This document shows positions 57,573-64,000 of a stretch of DNA of 64,000 nt, in pieces; position 1 is the first letter of the stretch; each line of letters begins with the position of its first letter. The translations under genes and the position numbers were made by a program. The notes beneath the pieces are model-generated. The model searched no databases and was not told where the DNA came from. It worked only from the letters and a program-made list of their open reading frames with translations. Origin of the DNA: Candidatus Bathyarchaeota archaeon (GTDB taxonomy: Archaea; Thermoproteota; Bathyarchaeia; Bathyarchaeales; Bathycorpusculaceae); contig CAWGYA010000006.1 in the NCBI GenBank assembly GCA_963826715.1, forward strand, positions 32,001 through 96,000, given 5' to 3'.

Positions 57573-58157
57573 TTACTCTTTACTGTTTGTTTTGGAAGTA
57601 TCTTTAATTTTTGGTTGTTTTTCGGGTAAGATTTTGAAGTCTGTTTCCATAAATGAACGCAAGACTTTGCTGATGAGCTTGTCGGTGAAGCTTGACTCAG
57701 CCATAAGAAGGGCTTTTCTGACGTTTTTGTTTTGAATTGAATAGATGCTTTCGTAGCCTATCTGTTTTTTATTTAAGACGTAATTATCCGTCAAATATTT
57801 GAGATAATATGAGAGTGTAGAAGAGGGAAGATGAAAATAATCCTTTAAATCTTGAAATTTTACTATTTTTTTCTCAAGAACGATTAACACGATTTCTCGC
57901 ATCTTTTCATGTCTTAATGCTGAAATTAGGATATGTTCCTCTTCTGTAGGGTGCTGAGAAAAATATCGTGTGAACCCGCCCTCTCTTTCTCGATATATAA
58001 CGTTATGTCTAACCATATAGTCAACATGATATTCTAGTGACGAAAGGGGAATTTTTGATCTTCTTTGAAGTTCTCTGAGATGGAGTCCTGGGTTACTTTT
58101 GATAAGATCAAAAACTCTTTTTCTTATTGAATTCGCAAGCACAATTTCTTTAAACAT
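57573..58157 (-). CDS. double winged-helix transcriptional regulator
   Basis: NPGLHLRELQR..SSLEYHV and SSTLSYYLKYL; real start probably ATG 58157. Confidence 0.85.
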   Translation of the reverse strand: MFKEIVLANSIRKRVFDLIKSNPGLHLRELQRRSKIPLSSLEYHVDYMVRHNVIYREREGGFTRYFSQHPTEEEHILISALRHEKMREIVLIVLEKKIVKFQDLKDYFHLPSSTLSYYLKYLTDNYVLNKKQIGYESIYSIQNKNVRKALLMAESSFTDKLISKVLRSFMETDFKILPEKQPKIKDTSKTNSKE

Positions 58158-58162
58158 ATATT

Positions 58163-58438
58163 CTAATCCTTTAGCACACCGACAACTATGAAAATTAAAC
58201 CTATTAGTTGAAAGAGAAGAAACACGTTTTCGGGCATCATAAAGCTGTATTGTTGACTTAGAATTTTTGGCAGGTGTAAAATTGCCCCAATAAAGAAAGT
58301 TCCGAAGCCCAATGTTATGAATAGCATTCGAGTTGTTCTTATTCTGCAATATGCCAACAGAACAATTACAAACAAAAGTGTTGTTGTGGCTATCAATCCA
58401 ATTCCAATAGCCATTTCAACCATTATTTCAAAGCTCAT
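58163..58438 (-). CDS. small three-TM membrane protein coupled to the regulator
   Basis: LAYCR..RMLFITLGF pattern; stop codon lies 5 nt before the regulator start. Confidence 0.7.
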   Translation of the reverse strand: MSFEIMVEMAIGIGLIATTTLLFVIVLLAYCRIRTTRMLFITLGFGTFFIGAILHLPKILSQQYSFMMPENVFLLFQLIGLIFIVVGVLKD

Positions 58439-58672
58439 TTACTTCCCTATAGTATTTTTTCAAGCGTCATTAAAATCTGTTGAGTAATCTGGGCCTCTCA
58501 TCCCTAATTTTAAACTCTTCAGCCCTCGTGAATACTATTACAACTTTACATCCACCCTGAGCCACATATAATTTAGAGTTTAGAAAACACTGAAAATTTT
58601 TTATCAATCCTCAAAAAAGAAAAAAGGGATTGCATGTTTCTTAAATACAAAAACTGTTGGTGATGTCACCAA

Positions 58673-58796
58673 TTGAGGGTATGCCGTGCTAGGCTACGAT
58701 CCCTTTTCAATCACTTTACAATGGGTTACGTACCTATCTATGAAGTCTCGGGGGTAACTCCGAGTTTTTTGCGTGGCCTAAAACCTGAAACCTCAA
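58673..58796 (+). ncRNA. candidate structured ncRNA inside the integrated element
   Basis: UUGAGG/CCUCAA ends; GGGUUACGUA/UGCGUGGCCU; CUCGGGG-GUAA-CUCCGAG GNRA hairpin; CTTAAATA box at 58640-58647. Confidence 0.5.
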
Positions 58797-58887
58797 CATC
58801 GGAACTAACCAATTTTAGAAGCCTCCAAAAAAAAGAAAAGGGAAAAGGTTACGAGATACTTGGAAAAAAGCCTAAAATCGCCCGAGA

Positions 58888-58908
58888 TACATCACCCCGG
58901 CCACTTTT
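58888..58908. repeat. att direct repeat copy 2
   Basis: TACATCACCCCGGCCACTTTT, identical to 53088-53108. Confidence 0.9.
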
Positions 58909-59288
58909 TGATGTTTTCGTCTACTTTGCCTGCGCCTAAAGCTTGGTTATTACCTATTTTCGCTTCTTCATAAATATTAAGTTGTCCTTTTGACAAACGT
59001 TTTCGAATCCAAATTCTCATAGGGCTTTTATTTACACGAGACTTTCAACAACTTTTAATTTTACTCGTCTGTAGTTGTTTCAAATTTTGTATTGAATATA
59101 GATTTCATTACAGGAACATGCATTGTGTTTGTAGTTGCCTTGATATGTGAAGGTGAAAAAATAGACAAAATTAGCAAAAGTCATGTAAGTATATTTAATC
59201 TGCAAACGAGGAAAATAGACATAGATTTTTAAATTAAGGCTATATTTTTATTGGGTCAATTATAGTATTAACCCATGATTGGTGTAGC

Positions 59289-60395
59289 ATGTCGGTAGCA
59301 ATTGTAGATGGAGTTTCTAGTCTGTTAACTGGTTTAGTTTCTGGAACAGTCGCTTTTTTCCTAGTTATGCTACTATCGATAGTATATAGGTATTTTACAA
59401 ACGAAAAATTGTCCTCTTTCATTGGCATCGTATTTGGATTAGGATTTCTAGGATTTTCAGGAGGACTACTAGCAATCTTAGAACAGCCTTCCTTGGGCGG
59501 TGTCATTCAAATTGTCGCGGTAGCCATATTCATAGTTTGGGGACTAAATACTGGCGATAAAATAGCTGAAAAGATTCCCAGAAAAAGCCCTACCTCAATT
59601 TTAAATGGTATTCGAGGAGGAAAAACGACATATAAAACAATCAAAATGCCAATTTCAAGGCTAATACACGACATGGTGGGAAAACCCCGAGTCCCTGAAT
59701 CGTTAAAATCTGAACTATCGGAGCGAGAATTCACTCTTCCAGCTGACATTCCCGTTGAAGAAATTATAAATCGAGTAAAGAGGCGATTGATTACAGATTG
59801 GGGAATTGGTGAAGTTGAACTTGAATTGGATCAAGAAAGTAAAGTCATCCACCTAGCAATAGCGGCTAAGGAACGAGGCTTGAGCGTCACAATACCAAAA
59901 GGCAGTGTGGCCATACCCATTGAATGCCAAGTAATCCCATCTAACCTCGTTTCCGGTGATTTAGTGAGGATTTACTTTGAAAACGACAAAGTCATAGAAA
60001 AAATCGAGGTAAAAGGTATAGATGAAGAGCACAGAGTAATAACAATTATCGCAGATTTGAATGCATTGGATTCAATACGTGGGAAAAAATCAGCTTTGGT
60101 AGTTGCTCTCCCTTCTGATTTGCCAAGCCATCAGATAATCAGTGTAGAACAAAAATCAGGGGAAATTGAAGATTTTAAATTTCAAAGAATTGTAAGTTAC
60201 TTAAGAAGAGTGGAGGTAACTAATGAAACTGCAAAAAGGATCGTAATGAGTGTTCAGGCGAAACTAAGCAAAATGGACCCTCCAATTTCCACGCGGATAA
60301 TCAAAGCAGCAGTAGTTGAAGAATTGGAAAAAGAAGATCCAGAAGCAACAAAGAAATTAAGGAAACGAAAATTGCCGGATCTAAAGGGGCACTAA
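59289..60395 (+). CDS. membrane protein with C-terminal ATP-cone-like domain
   Basis: Three N-terminal TM segments; C-terminal VEQKSGEIEDFKFQRIV..ISTRIIKAAVVEEL resembles an ATP-cone. Confidence 0.7.
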   Translation: MSVAIVDGVSSLLTGLVSGTVAFFLVMLLSIVYRYFTNEKLSSFIGIVFGLGFLGFSGGLLAILEQPSLGGVIQIVAVAIFIVWGLNTGDKIAEKIPRKSPTSILNGIRGGKTTYKTIKMPISRLIHDMVGKPRVPESLKSELSEREFTLPADIPVEEIINRVKRRLITDWGIGEVELELDQESKVIHLAIAAKERGLSVTIPKGSVAIPIECQVIPSNLVSGDLVRIYFENDKVIEKIEVKGIDEEHRVITIIADLNALDSIRGKKSALVVALPSDLPSHQIISVEQKSGEIEDFKFQRIVSYLRRVEVTNETAKRIVMSVQAKLSKMDPPISTRIIKAAVVEELEKEDPEATKKLRKRKLPDLKGH

Positions 60396-60702
60396 ATTGG
60401 TTGGGTGGATCAATTTAAGTCTCTTTCAAAAATTATTGATTATTCTAACCCTCATTACAAAAATCAGAATCTGTAAAGAAATAAAACATAACGAAAAAAA
60501 TAATTGGCAAATTACTTTGACCAATTATGATATTGGCAATTACTGACAGAGCAATAAAAAAAGAAAAAAGTAGCAATACAAGCTTTTTGCGTTGATGATG
60601 AAATGAGAATAAACACCCAACAATATACAGTGTCTGAATTTCATGAAGACAGCAAAAAATATATTCTTAAATGAATTAAGTTAAAGGTAGGTGCTCATTT
60701 TT

Positions 60703-61254
60703 ATGGAGAAAAATAAAACAGAAAATAAGGAAACATCTAAATCCAGTAAAAAATCTGTTTCTAAAAATAAACTTGCTACAAAAAAACCAAAGAAAACCAC
60801 ACCGATTAAGCAAGCAAACCAACAAGAAGCCCTAAAAGTCTTCGATAACGCTTTTGAAAGATTCCGCGATGATTTTGAAAACCTGCTTTTCCCAAGCGAC
60901 ATAGACGAAATGCTTGAAGAAGTTCCCGAAGTCCGCGTTCCCATGGTTGACCTTGAAGATAGAGAAAAAGACTATCTGCTGAAAGCAGAGATGCCGGGTT
61001 TCAAAAAAGAAGAAATCGAAATCGTTGTTCAAGATGACGCAGTTGAAATTACAGGAACCGCGGGATGGAAGTATAGTGAAAAGGACGAAGACTACGTATG
61101 CAAAGAGCGAGCTTGTAAATCCTTCTATCGCTACATCGATCTACCTCAAGATATAAAAATTGATGAGGTTGATGGAAAAATAAGCGACGGAATACTGGAA
61201 TTGATGCTCCCTAAGAAACAACCTAAACGAACACGGAAAATCTCCGTGAAATAA
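60703..61254 (+). CDS. Hsp20/alpha-crystallin small heat-shock protein
   Basis: PMVDL, AEMPGFKKEEI, ER..FYRYIDLP, DGILELMLPK, ISV tail. Confidence 0.92.
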   Translation: MEKNKTENKETSKSSKKSVSKNKLATKKPKKTTPIKQANQQEALKVFDNAFERFRDDFENLLFPSDIDEMLEEVPEVRVPMVDLEDREKDYLLKAEMPGFKKEEIEIVVQDDAVEITGTAGWKYSEKDEDYVCKERACKSFYRYIDLPQDIKIDEVDGKISDGILELMLPKKQPKRTRKISVK

Positions 61255-61346
61255 TCCCTTTTCCTTTACTTTTTTTAATATAAATGGCAGAGGATTTGCT
61301 AAAGGCTTTTAGGAGTAAAAGCTTGTAATAGCTGCTTGGTGTACTG

Positions 61347-62261
61347 TTGGATAAAACCGACTTAATAATATGTCAGCTTCTCCTTACCAATTCGCGAATC
61401 TCCTATAGAGAACTTGCGGAGAAACTGGATTTATCCGTAACCGCAGTGCATAACCGCATCCAAACACTTTTGGATATGGGGATTATTCGCAAATTTACAG
61501 CGAGCTTGAGTATTCTAGCCCAGAACGCAATTCACATCCTAATCTTCGGCAACAGCAAAGTCATCTCCATCAACAATCTAAAACCCAAACTGGAAAAGCA
61601 TGGGTCAATCTATTGGCTGGCGGTTGCAGGCGGAAACAGTCTATACATAGGCGCATACATTAGAAACATCGCTGAACTCGACGAGTTGGTGAAGTTTGTC
61701 AGAGAAACCGCGGAGATGCCTGAACCAACGGTTGGGATAACAGGTTCACCAATTCCAGCGGTCTTGAAAAACATCCACCTCAAAACCGATCTCTGTGAGC
61801 TTGATTACAAAATAATTCGCTCGCTCAAAGATGATTCCCGAAAACCCATCTCGGATATCTGCAATGAAATTGGAGGCTCAGCAAAGACAGTTCGCCGTAG
61901 ACTCGACTATATGCGCAAGAACTTTCTTATTCAACTTTCCATCGAATGGTACCCTGACGAGTCAAATGACATCATCAGCATTTTCCATATCCATTTTAAA
62001 AATGAATCTAACCCAAACTCGGCCGATATAATCTTGCAAAAGTATTATCCCAGAACCCTCTTTTACTGGAGCTTTAGCAATATACCTGGAAGCTACGTTT
62101 TTTTGATTTGGACACCAACCAGCAAAGAGCTGAGAGAAATCCGGGAAAGCCTTGAACAAGAGCCCTCAATCCAATCGGTTGTCCCAAACGTGATTTATAC
62201 AGGCTATATTCTCACGAGTTGGCGAGATGAAATCCCTAAACCAGCAAGTCTAGTTTCTTAA
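61347..62261 (+). CDS. duplicated Lrp/AsnC family regulator
   Basis: Two AsnC HTH motifs: DKTD..NSRISYRELA and ELDYKIIRSL..DSRKPISDI. Confidence 0.88.
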   Translation: MDKTDLIICQLLLTNSRISYRELAEKLDLSVTAVHNRIQTLLDMGIIRKFTASLSILAQNAIHILIFGNSKVISINNLKPKLEKHGSIYWLAVAGGNSLYIGAYIRNIAELDELVKFVRETAEMPEPTVGITGSPIPAVLKNIHLKTDLCELDYKIIRSLKDDSRKPISDICNEIGGSAKTVRRRLDYMRKNFLIQLSIEWYPDESNDIISIFHIHFKNESNPNSADIILQKYYPRTLFYWSFSNIPGSYVFLIWTPTSKELREIRESLEQEPSIQSVVPNVIYTGYILTSWRDEIPKPASLVS

Positions 62262-62365
62262 CCCCTTAATTAAGAAAAAGAACTTTTCTATGGTTTTGAG
62301 GACCGCTTTTTCAATTCGGTAGTAAACATGAATCTAAATGCTTAAACACAAACTCAAGTTAATCG

Positions 62366-63127
62366 ATGGAGGATACAAAATTGAGCCAATATGCGATATT
62401 AATTGAGAATTTAACTAAGAAATTTGAGGACAAAGTAGCCCTCGAAAACTTAACCCTAAAAATTGCTAAAGGTGAACTCTTCGGGCTTCTCGGTCCCAAC
62501 GGCGCAGGCAAAACAACCGCTATTAGCATCGCCTGTGGACTTCTGACACCCACAAGTGGCACCGTCAATATTCTAGGCTACGACAACCAAAAAGAAACCC
62601 AGAAAGTTAAAGAACAAATCGGTGTATGCATCCAAGAAACAGCCATTTATCCTTACTTGACTGGCAAAGAGAACCTGGAACTCTTTGGCAAACTCTACGG
62701 GATGAATAAAAAAGCAATCAAAGAAAGAAGCACTATGCTTTTGGATAAGATGGGACTTAGTGACGACGCAAAACGGGTAACTGCGAAATACAGCGGGGGT
62801 ATGAAGCGACGATTAAGCCTTGCATTAGCACTTATTCATGATCCCCAAATCGCGTTTCTTGACGAACCTACAGTTGCCATGGATCCCCAATCGCGCCATG
62901 CCGTCTGGGATTTCGTAAAAACTCAAAAAGCCCAAGGCAAAACGATAATCCTTACAACCCATTACATGGAAGAAGCTGAAGAACTCTGTGATAGAGTCGG
63001 CATAATAGACCACGGTAAACTTATCGCACTTGGCACTACAAAAGAGCTCATTGCCAAAAACAATGTCAATAATCTAGAAGAAGTCTTCATCGAGATCACT
63101 GGCAGAAATATGAGGGAGGAAATTTAA
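62366..63127 (+). CDS. ABC transporter ATP-binding protein
   Basis: GPNGAGKT, YSGGM, FLDEPT, TTHYMEEA. Confidence 0.93.
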   Translation: MEDTKLSQYAILIENLTKKFEDKVALENLTLKIAKGELFGLLGPNGAGKTTAISIACGLLTPTSGTVNILGYDNQKETQKVKEQIGVCIQETAIYPYLTGKENLELFGKLYGMNKKAIKERSTMLLDKMGLSDDAKRVTAKYSGGMKRRLSLALALIHDPQIAFLDEPTVAMDPQSRHAVWDFVKTQKAQGKTIILTTHYMEEAEELCDRVGIIDHGKLIALGTTKELIAKNNVNNLEEVFIEITGRNMREEI

Positions 63128-64000
63128 ATGAATCTACAAAGAGTCTCAGCACTAACCAAAAAAGAACTGAAGAAAACCATTCGCGAACCCGCTGTCTTAT
63201 TTATGATCTTTCTGTTCCCCATTGTTTTCGTATTCGCATTCGGCGCGTCGTTCGGAAGCTTCGGAAGTAGCGGAACAACAACTTATCAAGTAGGAATTGT
63301 CAACTTTGATAACACAAACCAATACTCACAAATATTCATTGACAGTTTAACCGCTACAAAAATCGTTAACGTCAATATCTATAACGACAACACAACCGCC
63401 CAAACTGATTTGAGCCAAGGAAAAATGCAAGCACTTGTTATCATTCCAAGCATGTTCGGAAGTAGTATCCAAAGCTACTTCAACTCCCCATCCGACGCAA
63501 ACAAATGGATTAACACAACAGTTGCTCTCTATCTCGACAAGGGCTCGTTAATTGCAACACAGGCAGTCCCTCCCATCATTCAACAAGTCCTATCCTTTAC
63601 TGTGAACCCAAATCAAACTAAACAACAAAACTCCATTCAACTTCAAACTGCTTCATTAGTTGAAGTTAAGCAGGCATCAACTCTTGACTTCATCGCACCG
63701 GGAATGTTTACTTTTGCATCGATATTCCTGATCATGATGGTAGCTCAATCGTTTACTCAAGATCGCGAAAATGGAATGATGAAACGGATTCGCATATCAC
63801 CGGTGACACCCACAGAGTTCATGGCAAGCCAAGTTGCCTCCTATATGGTCATTGCTTTAATACAAGCTGCTCTCGTCTTTGGTATGACCTACGTTATGGG
63901 CTTCCAGCCAAACGTCGGCGTACCAAGCTACATCTTTGCGTTCATGCTAGTAGTTGTATTCTCTATTTCCAACGTAGGCTTTGGATTGATTACAGCAACG
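63128..64000 (+). CDS. ABC transporter permease (3'-truncated by the window edge)
   Basis: MNLQRVSALTKKELKKTIREPAVLF..DFIAPG..DRENGMMKRI..SP by manual translation. Confidence 0.88.
   Translation, partial: MNLQRVSALTKKELKKTIREPAVLFMIFLFPIVFVFAFGASFGSFGSSGTTTYQVGIVNFDNTNQYSQIFIDSLTATKIVNVNIYNDNTTAQTDLSQGKMQALVIIPSMFGSSIQSYFNSPSDANKWINTTVALYLDKGSLIATQAVPPIIQQVLSFTVNPNQTKQQNSIQLQTASLVEVKQASTLDFIAPGMFTFASIFLIMMVAQSFTQDRENGMMKRIRISPVTPTEFMASQVASYMVIALIQAALVFGMTYVMGFQPNVGVPSYIFAFMLVVVFSISNVGFGLITAT

Larger units (their letters stand above)
53088..58908. mobile_element. decayed integrated element (~5.8 kb) at tRNA-His
   Basis: 21-bp direct repeats, integrase pseudogene at the tRNA-proximal end, accessory cargo. 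Confidence 0.85.

Noticed and set aside
58673-58939. 88-aa ORF in the track
   Set aside because: It runs across the att repeat and the structured element and has no motifs.
60501-60545. ATTGGCAA(A)TTACT repeats upstream of hsp20
   Set aside because: Short, AT-rich and far from the start codon; too weak to call an operator.
1-64000. CRISPR arrays, rRNA, IS transposases, and the many antisense ORFs in the track
   Set aside because: No repeat-spacer periodicity, rRNA or transposase motifs seen; antisense ORFs shadow well-supported genes.

Overview
Archaeal chromosomal window, most likely Candidatus Bathyarchaeia (inference from S30e, short XPF, Rio2, GatDE, Elp3, an 879-aa secreted PQQ-like beta-propeller protein, many TTG/GTG starts and TATA-type promoters). 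Core genes (pyrI, rio2, lsm, gatE, gatD, elp3, rps30e, xpf, tuf, tyrS, tRNA-Leu(CAG), tRNA-His(GTG)) are interspersed with accessory genes: three ABC exporters, an Mg2+ P-type ATPase, a frameshifted CheB/CheR/histidine kinase, and a decayed ~5.8-kb element integrated at the 5' end of tRNA-His. The most striking signal is non-coding. Two diverged copies of a ~220-nt structured RNA candidate (3374-3592 +, 36430-36659 -) show compensatory changes and a tandemly duplicated stem-loop/pseudoknot module. At least five further intergenic 120-200-nt foldable elements are present, most with a TATA-like box ~25 nt upstream on the strand favoured by G-U pairs. I could not assign any of them to a known RNA family. 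All structures were derived by eye, not computed.
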